Of a DNA stretch of 64,000 bases, positions 1 to 9,630 are shown piece by piece. The stretch spans positions 822,723 through 886,722 of the forward strand of contig CAVYTI010000004.1 of assembly GCA_963771415.1 (NCBI GenBank), written 5' to 3'. This DNA is from an uncultured Acidobacteriota bacterium (GTDB lineage: Bacteria > Acidobacteriota > Vicinamibacteria > Vicinamibacterales > 2-12-FULL-66-21). A model generated the notes under the pieces. It searched no databases. It worked only from the letters and a program-made list of their open reading frames with translations, and had not been told where the DNA came from. Each line of letters opens with the position of its first letter. The stretch's first letter is position 1. The translations under genes and the position numbers were made by a program.

Positions 1-377
1 GACAAGTCATCGTCCGCCGACGGCTGACCGGTGGCCTGGATCAGTTTGAACGTTTCGACCTTCTGGTCGGTGCCGTCCTCGCGGATCTCGAAGTCGTCCT
101 TGGTCAGGTCGCTCACCGGCTCGCCATGGTGATCGACGACGCTGACGTCCACGCGGACCAGGTTGGCGCCGGCGCGGAACGTCGGGCGCGGCTGCTGCGG
201 TGTGGTGTCGGGCGGCTGCGCCGGCGTTGCCGGCGGCTGCGCCGGAGTTGCCGGCGGTTGCGATCCGGCAGCGGGGGGCGGCGACGAGGGTTGCTGGGCG
301 GTCGCGCCGGTCATCGCGCACGCGAACAGGAGCGCAAAGAAACCGGACCGAGCAGCGAGTGAACCGCGCCGAGTCAT
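1..377 (-). CDS. VWFA-related secreted protein (TIGR03436-like), N-terminal part only; the gene runs off the left edge of the window
   Basis: Not in the ORF track because it has no stop inside the window. ATG at 377-375. My translation is MTRRGSLAARSGFFALLFACAMTGATAQQPSSPPPAAGSQPPATPAQPPATPAQPPDTTPQQPRPTFRAGANLVRVDVSVVDHHGEPVSDLTKDDFEIREDGTDQKVETFKL. That is a signal peptide, a Pro-rich linker, then the FRxxxxLVxVDVxVxDxxGxPVxxLxxxDFxxxEDG opening typical of the acidobacterial VWFA-related family. The track ORF 7..402(-) in another frame is an Arg/Gly-rich shadow. Confidence 0.6.
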   Translation of the reverse strand, partial: MTRRGSLAARSGFFALLFACAMTGATAQQPSSPPPAAGSQPPATPAQPPATPAQPPDTTPQQPRPTFRAGANLVRVDVSVVDHHGEPVSDLTKDDFEIREDGTDQKVETFKLIQATGQPSADDDL

Positions 378-439
378 GAGCAGAGCTGACCGTCCCCTTC
401 ATTATCCGCGCGATGCGGTGGCCGTCGTCGGGCTACTCG

Positions 440-1189
440 TTACACGTCGAATCGGGCCACCACGGGCGCGTGATCGCTGGTACCGAAATCTCGATGAACG
501 GTGCAGGTGACGACACGATCGAAAACAGTCTGGCTCGCCAGGATGTAATCGAGCCTCCAGCCAATGTTGCGCTGACGCATGTTCCGCCACGGCGCCCACC
601 ATGTGAACATCTGGTCGTTCGTCGGGTCGAGCGCCCGCCCCGTGTCCACCAGCCCCCGTCCGAGCAGACGCTCGAGAATCGCGCGCTCTTCCGGGAGCTG
701 ACCGATCGCGCGAGGCTTTCGCTCCTTCGGATGCACATCGATGTCGGCCCGCGCGATATTGACGTCACCGCAGATGACGAGCCGCTTCCCCTCCGCGTGC
801 GCCTGCACCACGAAGGCGTCCATCGCCTCGAGGAAGCGCACCTTGGCGTCGAAGTCCTTTCCTCCATTCGGCACGTACACCGACGCCATCGTGACGCCGC
901 CAATCTCCGTGGTGACGATGCGGCTTTCATAGTCGAAGGCTGGATGCGAAAACATCGGACGCTCGGCGCTGAACGCCTTGCTCACGTGCAGGCCGACACC
1001 GGAGTAACCCTTGGCCCCATGCCAGTAGCACCAGTAGTCTTCCATCTCGCACAGCGCGGTCGGCACCTGATCTGAGCCAGCCTTGATTTCCTGCAGACAG
1101 ACGACGTCCGGCCGATCGCGCTGCACCCATTCCTGCACCTGCGACTGCCGGGCGCGAATGCCGTTCACGTTCCAGGTCCCGATCGTCAT
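440..1189 (-). CDS. xth: exodeoxyribonuclease III (ExoIII/Ape1 family AP endonuclease)
   Basis: Track ORF 440..1207. MTIGTWNVNGIRAR...VVCLQEIK...YWHGAKGYSGV...VYVPNGG...ICGDVNIA...WWAPWRNMRQRNIGWRLDYIL...SDHAPVVARF are the ExoIII catalytic motifs. Start placed at the ATG at 1189 (MTIGTWN). Confidence 0.9.
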   Translation of the reverse strand: MTIGTWNVNGIRARQSQVQEWVQRDRPDVVCLQEIKAGSDQVPTALCEMEDYWCYWHGAKGYSGVGLHVSKAFSAERPMFSHPAFDYESRIVTTEIGGVTMASVYVPNGGKDFDAKVRFLEAMDAFVVQAHAEGKRLVICGDVNIARADIDVHPKERKPRAIGQLPEERAILERLLGRGLVDTGRALDPTNDQMFTWWAPWRNMRQRNIGWRLDYILASQTVFDRVVTCTVHRDFGTSDHAPVVARFDV

Positions 1190-1246
1190 ACCGCCGGATC
1201 TTAACAATCGAGGCGGTGCGACGGCGGAGCGGCCCTGATTGGGGGG

Positions 1247-1459
1247 TCAGGCGGGAGGGAAACGGTCGCGCGAGCCATCTGATGAGCCGCCGGCTCCGGG
1301 CACCTCGGGGACGGGATGCCCGGGCTGGTGCGAGGCCTGGCGGCAGGCCTCGCCGCGCTCATCCAGGATCCAGACGATGCTTCCGTCGTAGGTTTCGTAC
1401 ACGCCCGTGAGGCATCCGCACGGCAACTCGCGGCCGCCGAGGCCTCTCAAGATACGCAT
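1247..1459 (-). CDS. small hypothetical protein (about 70 aa)
   Basis: Track ORF 1247..1474, start taken at MRILRGLGGRELPCGCLTGVYETYDGSIVWILDERGEACRQASH. It sits between hrpB and xth on the same strand. The N-terminal half looks protein-like and the C-terminal tail is low complexity. No family recognised. Confidence 0.25.
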   Translation of the reverse strand: MRILRGLGGRELPCGCLTGVYETYDGSIVWILDERGEACRQASHQPGHPVPEVPGAGGSSDGSRDRFPPA

Positions 1460-1532
1460 TTCGAAAATCTCCACATACGCATTTCGAAACCGTTAGACTG
1501 CCCGGCGCCTCGGCCCGTTAATCGCCGATCGC

Positions 1533-3857
1533 TCAGGGCGCTCCTTTTCGTTTGGTCCTGCCCGTCGGCTGTGCGCTCCACGGATCCTCTGGCCAGGGAT
1601 GCTTGGGATAACGTCCGCGGAGCTCCTTTCGTACACTTTGATAAGTCGTGTCCCAGAAATTGCGCAGATCCCGCGTCATCTGGACGGGACGGCCGTTCGG
1701 GGCCAGCAACGAGAAGATCACGGGCTGACGTGAACGCCCCAGCTGTGGCGACTCGGCCAACCCGAAGAGCTCCTGTAGTTTGACCGCCGCAACGACCGTT
1801 CCTTCTGCCTGATAGTCCAGCCTGACCTGCCGCCCGGACGGCACGACGAGCGTTTCAGGAGCCCAGCGATCCAAATCCCGCACCACATTTCGGTCGAGGG
1901 CGGAGGACGGCCGGACGGCGGACAAGAGATCGACGCCGGCGGCCGCCTTCCGCACGAGGTGGTCGAGGTCCGCCGGCAGGCCGGCGAAGCGAAGACGTCG
2001 AATGAGCTGTACGTCCGCGTCGGTGAGACCTTCCGCAAGATACGCGGCGGCCAGAAGCCGGGCTGACTCCTCTGGATCGGGCCTGACCGGACGATCGTGC
2101 AGCGGGATCTGACCGTAGTAGGCCCGTTGCACGGCGCGCACCCGGCCCGACCGTTCGTCCAGCTCGTGCTGGACGGCAACGCTCGTTGGCTGGATCCACT
2201 CGGGATCGACCGCGCTCGCCATCCAGATCAGGGCCTCGGCCCCTTCTCCGCTGCGAGTCCGATGGGCGTCGAGCGCAACGACGAACTCGGCGTCGTGGAC
2301 ACCGCTCTCGGCAGCGAGCACACCTCCCGTGCCGGATGCGAACAGAAACCGATTCGAGCCGGCGGCTCGGCGACGAGCGAGTCGATCGGCGTAGCCGGCG
2401 AACGTCGCGCGGCGGAAATGCGTATCGCGAGAGGCTTTCGTGTGCCGCCGCCCGGCATCGACCAGCCCGGCGAGATGCCCGGCCAACTGGGCGACGGATG
2501 CAGGCAGGGTTTGCGGATTGTCAATCGCAGACAGCAGATCGCTCGTCGTGGAGGCACGGCCCGCTGGGGCTGCGTAACGCTCCGCCAACACGGCGCAGGC
2601 CAGCGCGACGTCCCGGTCGCCTCCGCCTTCGACGAGCATGCGCGCAAGGCGAGGAGGCAGCGGCAGGCGCGACATCGTGCGGCCGAGCGGCGTGAGTTGG
2701 CCTTCTTCGATCGCGCCCAGACGCGCAAGCAGGGTCATCGCCGCTTCAATCCGCGAGGGGTCGGGAGACTCGAACCATTCGAACGAGTCAACCTGTCCGC
2801 CCCAGCCGATGATGGCCAGGAGTACGTCCGACAGATCGACTCGATGAATCTCGCTCTCCCGGTGTGCTCTCAACGTGTCGAGCGGGCTCCAGAGCCGACG
2901 CACGCGGCCGGGCCCGAGTCGTCCCGCGCGGCCGGCACGCTGCTCCGCCGAGTCGGTGGCGATTCGCTCGATCCGCAGCGAGTCGAGACCTCGGTCCGGA
3001 TCGTATCGCGCGACTTTCTGAGTACCGCTGTCGACAACGATGCGCACGCCGGGAACAGTGAGTGAGGTCTCGGCGATGTTCGTGGCAAGAATTACCCTGC
3101 CTGCGGACGTCTCCTGCAGCGCGCGATCCTGGTGATTGGCGGGGAGCGATCCGTGCAGCGGAACCACCTCCGCGCGATCGCCGATGGCCTGCCGCACCTC
3201 TGCCTCGGCGCGCCGAATCTCGGGAGCGCCGGGAAGGAAGCAGAGGAGGGTTCCACTCGCCTCCTGGTACAGATCTCGGACGGCTGCCGCAACGCTCTGC
3301 TCCGCTCGATATTCCACGCTGACCGGATGAAGAGTGCCCGGCACGTGCAGCACCGGACAGTCGTCGAGAAACGACGATATCGACGAAGTCTCGAGGGTGG
3401 CCGACATGACGACAACGCGCAGATCGTCGCGGGCGTGCCACGCCTGGCGTGCCAGGGCGAGACCGAGATCGGCATGAACGCTCCGCTCGTGAAACTCGTC
3501 GAGCACAACGGTGCGGAAGTCGGAGAGCAGCGGATCCTGTTGCAGGCGGGCGGCAAGGATCCCTTCGGTGGCGAGCAGCACGCGGGTGTTCGAGGTGAAC
3601 CGTCGCTCGAACCTGACGTGCCAGCCGACCAGGTCACCCAGGGTCCACCCTTGCTCCTCGGCAATCCGTCTGGCGATGGCGCGAGCCGCGAGACGGCGCG
3701 GCTGCAGCACGATGATCGGGCCGTCGACCGCGAGCGCGGGCGGGACACGGGTCGTCTTTCCGGCGCCGGGCGGCGCCGAGAGGACGAGCGCCCGTTTCCG
3801 CCGTACCAGATCGAGGATGCCGGGAAGGTGGTCGTCGATGGGAAGCGTCGGCCGCAC
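1533..3857 (-). CDS. hrpB: ATP-dependent DEAH-box helicase HrpB
   Basis: C-terminal 774 aa of the 1655-aa track ORF. VRPTLPIDDHLPGILDLVRRKRALVLSAPPGAGKTTRVP (Walker A), VVLDEFHERS (DEAH box), ILATNIAETSLTVPGVRIVVDSG, QRAGRAGR. The HrpB C-terminal domain ends ...RKELRGRYPKHPWPEDPW. GTG start at 3857-3855 shares its G with the TAG stop of the upstream permease (TAGTG). Confidence 0.88.
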   Translation of the reverse strand: MRPTLPIDDHLPGILDLVRRKRALVLSAPPGAGKTTRVPPALAVDGPIIVLQPRRLAARAIARRIAEEQGWTLGDLVGWHVRFERRFTSNTRVLLATEGILAARLQQDPLLSDFRTVVLDEFHERSVHADLGLALARQAWHARDDLRVVVMSATLETSSISSFLDDCPVLHVPGTLHPVSVEYRAEQSVAAAVRDLYQEASGTLLCFLPGAPEIRRAEAEVRQAIGDRAEVVPLHGSLPANHQDRALQETSAGRVILATNIAETSLTVPGVRIVVDSGTQKVARYDPDRGLDSLRIERIATDSAEQRAGRAGRLGPGRVRRLWSPLDTLRAHRESEIHRVDLSDVLLAIIGWGGQVDSFEWFESPDPSRIEAAMTLLARLGAIEEGQLTPLGRTMSRLPLPPRLARMLVEGGGDRDVALACAVLAERYAAPAGRASTTSDLLSAIDNPQTLPASVAQLAGHLAGLVDAGRRHTKASRDTHFRRATFAGYADRLARRRAAGSNRFLFASGTGGVLAAESGVHDAEFVVALDAHRTRSGEGAEALIWMASAVDPEWIQPTSVAVQHELDERSGRVRAVQRAYYGQIPLHDRPVRPDPEESARLLAAAYLAEGLTDADVQLIRRLRFAGLPADLDHLVRKAAAGVDLLSAVRPSSALDRNVVRDLDRWAPETLVVPSGRQVRLDYQAEGTVVAAVKLQELFGLAESPQLGRSRQPVIFSLLAPNGRPVQMTRDLRNFWDTTYQSVRKELRGRYPKHPWPEDPWSAQPTGRTKRKGAP

Positions 3858-6500
3858 TACTCCTGCCGCAGCGCGACGGCCGGATCGATGCGGAGGGCGC
3901 GCCGGATCGGCGCGTAATGCGCCGCCAGCGCCACCAGCGCCAGGAGGACGGCAGCGGCGCCGAAGGTCACGGGATCGGTCTGGCTCACGCCGAAGACTGA
4001 GCGTACCGAGAAATCGCGTGACCATCGCCGCGAGCGCGAGACCGACGACCAGGCCGGTCCCCACCAGCCTGCTGCCGCTCCACAACATCAACCCGAGCAC
4101 GTCAACGGCGTTGGCCCCGAGCGCAAGCCGCACCCCCAGCTCACGCGTTCGCCGCGCAACCGTATAGGAGACCACGCCGTAGAGTCCGATCGCGGCGAGG
4201 ACGAGTGCGAGCACGGCGAATCCGGCGAGCAGGCGCATGACGAAGATCTGCTGGGCGCGCGCCTTCGCCAGCAGGCCAGCCATGTCGGCGATGTCGTAGA
4301 CCGGCACCGCCGGATCGAGCTCGGCGACCGACCGGCGCAGCGATCCAACGAGGGGACCGGTGTCGATGCCCGCGTGCTTCACGGTGAGCACGAGGAAGGA
4401 GTCGGTGTTCTGCGATTGCGGCAGGTACATCGCCGGTGTGGGCGGTGCGGTGAGGTCGGCATGAGTGACGTCGCCGGCGATGCCGATTACCGTCCGCCAT
4501 GGCCCCTCTGCATGATCGCCGATCCGCACGACGGATCCGATCGGATCGTCCGATCCCCAGACCGCTCGCGCAGTGGCGACGGAAACAATCATCACCGGTT
4601 GCGTCGACGCGGCATCGGCCGGTGTGAACACGCGGCCAGCCAGCAGGGGAATGCCCATGGCCCGGAAATAGTCCGGCGTCACGGCATAGCGCTCGATGGA
4701 TGGATCGTCGGCCGGGTTCGGTTTCATCCTGCCCTTCACGTGAAACCCGTACTGATCGCCGTTGCCGCCCATGGGCACTTGTCCCGAGAGCGCGGCCGTC
4801 ACGACGCCCGGCAGCGCCCGGACGCTCGTCAGCAACCGATCCTGGAACGCCGCGACGGCTGAATCGTCGGTGTAGGCCTTGCCGACCAGGGATAGCTGGA
4901 GCGTCAGGAGGCGCTCGGGATCGAATCCCGGGTTCACCCGCAGCAGCGACATCGTGGTCCGCAGCATCAGCCCGGCGCCGGCGAGCAGGACGAGCGCGAG
5001 GGCGAGATCGACCACCACCAGCGCCGCGCGGGCCCGGCCGGCGCCGCCGATCGTGCTGCGGGACTCCGTGGCGAGAGCGTGCCGCGACACCTTCGAGCTT
5101 CGGAGAGCCGGCAACAGCCCGAACAGGCCTCCGGTGGCAAGCGCGGTGGCGAGGGTGAAGGCAAGGACGCGCATGTCGATCGAGACATCGGCCAGCCGCG
5201 GCGTGGAGACCGGAGCAATTGCGATCAGCGCTTTGACGGCGACCGCAGCCACGGCGATGCCTCCGAGCGCGCCGAGAGCGCTCAGCAGGATGCTCTCAGT
5301 CATCAACTGCCGGACAAGCCGCCTCCGAGTGGCGCCGAGCGTCGCACGAATGGCGATTTCTCGCTCGCGCGTGAGGGCGCGTGCGAGCAGCAGATTGGCG
5401 ACGTTGGCGCACGCCGCCAGCAGCACGAACGCGACCGCCGCCAGGAGCACGTAAAGCGCTGGCTTGACCCGGCCAGCCAGGGCGTCGTCCAGCGGCTCAA
5501 CGCGTATCGTGCCGGCCTCGTACTCCGTCGGATGCTCGCGTCGCAGTTGCTGGCGAATCGCGTTCATCTCGCTGGCGGCCTCGGCAGGAGTCGTGCCCGG
5601 GCGAAGACGGGCGAGCGCCCGGAGGTGCTGGCACGTGCGGCAGGCATATGGCAGCGACGTGTCATACCCCAGCGGCGCCCAGAGCTGCGCCGGACGATAG
5701 TAGCGCGCGGAGATCAGCGGTTCGTAAGATGGCGGCATCACGCCGATGATTCGATACTGGGCGTCGTTCATCGTGATCACGCGCCCGACGACCGTGGGAT
5801 CGGCGCCGAAGCGGCGCCTCCACAATCCGTCGCTGAGCAGCAGGACGTGCCAACGGTCGACGCGATCCTCCTCGTCGGAGAATCCGCGGCCCAGCGCCGG
5901 ATGGACGCCGAGCAGGTCGAAGAAATTCGCGCTGACCCGCATCGCCGGCACGCGTTCCGCCTCTCCGGAGCCAACGAGCGTGGCTTGCCAGGAACGATAC
6001 AGCGCGATGCCGTCGAACGAGCGGCTGCGCGCCCGCCAGTCGAGGACGGTCTCGTAGCCGACATTCGAGGCGCCCACCGCCGTGGCATCTCCGACCATCA
6101 CCAGCCGATCGGCGGCCGCATAGGGTAACGGGCGAATCAGCACCGCGTCGACGATCGTGAAAATGGCGGTATTGGCGCCAATGCCGAGCGCGAGGGTCGC
6201 GAGAGCCGCAAGGGTGAAGCCCGGCGACCGACGCAGCGCCCGCAGTCCGTATCCGAGGTCGGCCCGCAGGGTCTCGAGGAAAGGTAGCCCCCGCTGATCC
6301 CGCCAGTTTTCCGCGATCTGCGCCGAGCCGCCCAGCTCGAGACGGGCCGCGCGATGCGCCTGCTCCCGCGTAAGACCTCGCTCCAGGTGCCGGCGCTCGA
6401 GCATGTCGAGATGGAAACCCAGCTCCTGCTCGAGGTCGCGGTCCGCTGGGCCGAGGCCGATCGCGCCGCGGACACGCGTCACCGTCTCGCGCCACCTCAT
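3857..6500 (-). pseudogene. ADOP-type duplicated MacB/FtsX orphan permease, interrupted by one extra base near 3998 (as sequenced)
   Basis: The N-terminal 830 aa of the 1655-aa track ORF is a typical ADOP permease: MRWRETVTRVRGAIGL..., LRALRRSPGFTLAALATLALGIGANTAIF, two FtsX modules. At ...MVTRFLGTL the frame is lost. The expected C-terminus VFGVSQTDPVTFGAAAVLLALVALAAHYAPIRRALRIDPAVALRQE-stop is read in the +1 frame and ends at TAG 3859-3857. Confidence 0.85.
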
Positions 6501-6841
6501 GGCACCTGCTCCGCGCCGCCGAGCAGCCGCGCCATGATCGACGCCTTGCGACGCCAGTCCTCAGCCTCGCGCTGCAGTTCCTTCCGGCCAGTTCGAGTCA
6601 GACTGTAATACCGCGCCCGCCGGTTGTTGTCGGATACTCCCCACGTCGAGGAAATCCAGCCGCGCTGCTCCAGCCGCAACAACGCGGGATACAACGTCCC
6701 CTGGTTGAGCCGCAGCAGATCGTCCGACACTTGCTGCAACCGCTGCGCGATGCCGTAGCCGTGCAGGCTGCCAAGGGTGTCGAGCGTCTTGAGCACCATC
6801 AGGTCGAGCGTGCCCTGCAGAATGTCGGTCCTGTCGCTCAC
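6497..6841 (-). CDS. PadR family transcriptional regulator
   Basis: MSDRTDILQGTLDLMVLKTLDTLGSLHGYGIAQRLQQVSDDLLRLNQGTLYPALLRLEQRGWISSTWGVSDNNRRARYYSLTRTGRKEL is the PadR winged-helix signature. ATGA overlap (6497-6500) with the downstream permease. Confidence 0.92.
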   Translation of the reverse strand: MSDRTDILQGTLDLMVLKTLDTLGSLHGYGIAQRLQQVSDDLLRLNQGTLYPALLRLEQRGWISSTWGVSDNNRRARYYSLTRTGRKELQREAEDWRRKASIMARLLGGAEQVP

Positions 6842-6865
6842 GCGGCTCTCCCGGGGTTATACACC

Positions 6866-6913
6866 TGTTGAACGTCAACATGAGACTATGGCACCTCCTG
6901 TTGAATGTCAACA
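6866..6913. promoter_or_regulatory. two copies of a 15-bp perfect palindrome (candidate PadR operators) upstream of the padR-permease-hrpB operon
   Basis: TGTTGAACGTCAACA at 6866-6880 and TGTTGAATGTCAACA at 6899-6913. Each is TGTTGA-N3-TCAACA inside a longer direct repeat, CACCTGTTGAACGTCAACATGA and CACCTCCTGTTGAATGTCAACATGA. Centres are 33 bp apart. The first lies 25 nt upstream of the PadR ATG. Confidence 0.55.
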
Positions 6914-6920
6914 TGAAAGC

Positions 6921-6990
6921 GGCCACGGAAGACGCGCATGACACGGATCACGGGGCCGCAGAGCACGCGGATCACACGGAAATATTCATA
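6921..6990. repeat. short dispersed intergenic repeat (inverted copy of the 9631-9760 family)
   Basis: The reverse complement contains GTGATCCGCGT and TTCCGTGGCC, which also occur at 9703-9726. The region is built of CACGGA/CGCGGATCAC words. Confidence 0.5.
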
Positions 6991-7133
6991 GGGCGGCTCA
7001 CTTGCCGACCCCGGGTACCGGGTCGAACCGTGCTGGACTGATCGAACGCCCGTCCTGCCGCGCACGTATCTAGAGAAAATCGACCGATCACGCCTGAACG
7101 GCCCTCAGCCCTCGCGGCACCTCGAGGTGATGG

Positions 7134-9602
7134 ATGGAACGGCTCTTTCAAGAGATCAAGTTCGCAACCCGCCTGCTGTGGAAGGATCGCGGATTCTCGT
7201 CGACCGCCATCCTGACGCTCGCGCTCTGCATCGGCGCCAATGCCGCCATCTTCGCAGTGGTGAACTCGGTCCTGCTGCAGCCGCTGCCGGTCCCGCACGC
7301 GAAGCAGCTCGTCTATATGTACAACGCCTATCCGAAGGCGGGGGTCGAGGGGGGCTCGACCGGCGTGCCCGACTACTACGATCGTCTCCGCGAGACCGAC
7401 GTCTTCCAGGAGCAGGCGCTCTACAACACGCGCGGCATTACGCTGGGCAATCAGGGCGATCCGCAGCGCATCACCGCAATGATCGCCACTCCCTCCCTCC
7501 TGCGTATGCTGCAGGTTCAGCCCATCAAGGGGCGGATCTTTGCCGAAGAGGACGGCGAGATCGGCAAGACCCACAAGGCGGTCTTGACCTACGCGGCGTG
7601 GCAGCAGTGGTTCGGCGGACGCGACGATGCCGTCGGTCAGGACGTGCGGATCAATGGGGAGCCGTACCCGGTCGTCGGCGTGCTGCCCCGCGATTTCGGC
7701 TTTCTCGAGAAGGATGTCCTGGTCTGGATGCCGGTGGCGTTCAGCGCCAAGGAAAAATCGGATGACTCACGACATAGCAACAACTGGTCGTACGTCGCTC
7801 GACTGAAGCCGACCGCGACCGTCGAGCAGGCGCGTCAACAGATCGACGCGTTGAACGCGCGCAACCTCGATCGATTTCCCGAGCTCAAACAGATCCTGAT
7901 CAACGCCGGCTTCCACACCGTGGTCACGCCGCTGCAGGCATTCCTGGTGCAGGACCTGCGCAGCACGCTCTATCTCCTCTGGGGCGGCGTGATCTTCGTG
8001 CTCCTCATCGGTGCCGTCAACGTGACCAACCTGATGCTGATCCGATCGAGCGGCAGAATGAAAGAGCTGGCGACACGGCACGCGCTCGGCGCCGGTCTCC
8101 TGCGGATCGCGTCGCAGATGGTGACCGAGAGCCTCGTGCTCACGCTGCTGGGCGGCGCCCTCGGGCTTGCCCTCGGCGCGGTCGGCGTGCGACTCCTGGG
8201 CCAGTTCGGTCTCGACAACACCCCGCAGGGCACCAGCGTCGTTATCGACGGCACGGTCGTGCTGTTCACGCTGGGTCTCGCGGTGGTGGCAGGCTTCGCG
8301 GTCAGCCTCATTCCCATCTTCGCCGTCCACCGGATGAACCTGGCACAGGCGATCCGCGAGGAAGGGCGCAGCGGAACGGCCGGTCGCCGCGGCCGGGCCG
8401 TACGGCGCCTGCTGGTGACCGCGCAGGTCGCCTTCGCCTTCATGCTCCTGATCGGCGCCGGCCTCCTGCTGGTCAGCTTTCAGCGGGTTCTCGCCGTCAA
8501 GCCCGGCTTCGACGTCACCCACGTCCTGACCGGCATCGTCAGTCCGCCGGCATCCCGCTACAAGGAAGACAAGGATCTGATCGCGTTCTGGAACAATCTG
8601 CGCGACCGCGTTGCGGCGCTGCCGGGAGTCGAAGCGGCGGGGACCACCAACGTCCTTCCGCTCGGCGGCAACTACAACGACAGCGTGATCCTCGCCGAAG
8701 GCTACGTCATGTCGCCGGGCGAATCGCTGATCTCGCCCTACAACTCGTCGATCTCCACCGGCTACTTCGAAGCCATGAAGATTCCCCTTCGCCGCGGCCG
8801 GTTCTTCACCAGGTCCGACGATGAGCGGGCGCCGAAGGTGGTGATCGTGGACGAGCGCCTGGCCAAGCGATTCTGGAAGGGCTCGGATCCGATCGGCAGG
8901 CGGATGTGGAAACCGGACTCGCCGGAGGAACTGACGCGCGGCGCCGGACCAAAGAGCCAGTTCTTCACCGTCGTCGGCGTCGTCGGCAATGTCCGCACGC
9001 AGAGCCTGACCGAAAAGGAACCGGTGGGGGCTTACTACTTTCCGTTCGCGCAGGACGCCGCCCGCGGAATGACGCTGGTGACCCGGACCGCCGGTGAGCC
9101 CACGGCCATCGTCAGCGCCATCCGGCAACAGGTCAAGGCGATCGATCCGGAGCTGCCATTCTTCTCGGTGCGTCCGATGCAGCAGCGGGTAGAGGAATCG
9201 CTGGTGAGCCGGCGAACGCCGATGCTGCTCGCGCTGCTGTTTGGCGCCATCGCCTTGTTCCTGGCCGCGGTTGGCATCTACGGCGTGCTGGCGTATCAGG
9301 TTGCCCAACGCCGAAAGGAGATCGGCATCCGCCTCGCGCTCGGCGGAGATGGTCGCCGCATCTTCGGCCTCGTGGTCTCGGAGGGCCTGTGGTTGCTTGG
9401 TCTCGGCATCGTGCTCGGCGCCATCGGGGCCTTCGCGATTCGTCGAGCGATGGAAACGCAGCTGTTCGGCATCCAGCCGATGGACCCCCGCGTGCTGGCC
9501 TCGGTCGCCGGACTCCTCGCGCTCGTGGCGCTGGTCGCGTGTGCCGTCCCGGCACGACGGGCCTCGCGGATCGATCCGCTCATTGCGCTGACGGATCAGT
9601 AG
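7134..9602 (+). CDS. ADOP-type duplicated MacB/FtsX orphan permease
   Basis: Intact 822-aa track ORF. MERLFQEIKFATRLLWKDRGFSSTAILTLALCIGANAAIFAVVNSVLLQPLP, two MacB periplasmic-domain plus FtsX modules, C-terminus ...ACAVPARRASRIDPLIALTDQ. Confidence 0.92.
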   Translation: MERLFQEIKFATRLLWKDRGFSSTAILTLALCIGANAAIFAVVNSVLLQPLPVPHAKQLVYMYNAYPKAGVEGGSTGVPDYYDRLRETDVFQEQALYNTRGITLGNQGDPQRITAMIATPSLLRMLQVQPIKGRIFAEEDGEIGKTHKAVLTYAAWQQWFGGRDDAVGQDVRINGEPYPVVGVLPRDFGFLEKDVLVWMPVAFSAKEKSDDSRHSNNWSYVARLKPTATVEQARQQIDALNARNLDRFPELKQILINAGFHTVVTPLQAFLVQDLRSTLYLLWGGVIFVLLIGAVNVTNLMLIRSSGRMKELATRHALGAGLLRIASQMVTESLVLTLLGGALGLALGAVGVRLLGQFGLDNTPQGTSVVIDGTVVLFTLGLAVVAGFAVSLIPIFAVHRMNLAQAIREEGRSGTAGRRGRAVRRLLVTAQVAFAFMLLIGAGLLLVSFQRVLAVKPGFDVTHVLTGIVSPPASRYKEDKDLIAFWNNLRDRVAALPGVEAAGTTNVLPLGGNYNDSVILAEGYVMSPGESLISPYNSSISTGYFEAMKIPLRRGRFFTRSDDERAPKVVIVDERLAKRFWKGSDPIGRRMWKPDSPEELTRGAGPKSQFFTVVGVVGNVRTQSLTEKEPVGAYYFPFAQDAARGMTLVTRTAGEPTAIVSAIRQQVKAIDPELPFFSVRPMQQRVEESLVSRRTPMLLALLFGAIALFLAAVGIYGVLAYQVAQRRKEIGIRLALGGDGRRIFGLVVSEGLWLLGLGIVLGAIGAFAIRRAMETQLFGIQPMDPRVLASVAGLLALVALVACAVPARRASRIDPLIALTDQ

Positions 9603-9630
9603 CACCCGCGCGTGCGGCGTAATCGGCGGC

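Noticed and set aside
7-402. 131-aa ORF from the track at the left edge
   Set aside because: The translation is Arg-rich nonsense. A different minus-strand frame starting at 377 gives a signal peptide and a recognisable VWFA-related N-terminus.
1533-6500. A 1655-aa protein fusing a MacB-like permease to an HrpB helicase
   Set aside because: The permease's conserved C-terminus and its own TAG stop are readable in the +1 frame just upstream of the hrpB GTG. The fusion exists only because of a single extra base near 3998.
7767-9605. Long antisense ORFs: 612 aa opposite the permease here, 460 aa at 13535-14917 opposite the PilZ gene, 492 aa at 46941-48419 opposite pilT, 550 aa at 30793-32445, and many others
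   Set aside because: Arg/Gly/Pro/Ala-rich, low-complexity translations with no recognisable motifs, fully overlapping well-supported genes on the other strand. These are typical shadow ORFs of high-GC DNA.
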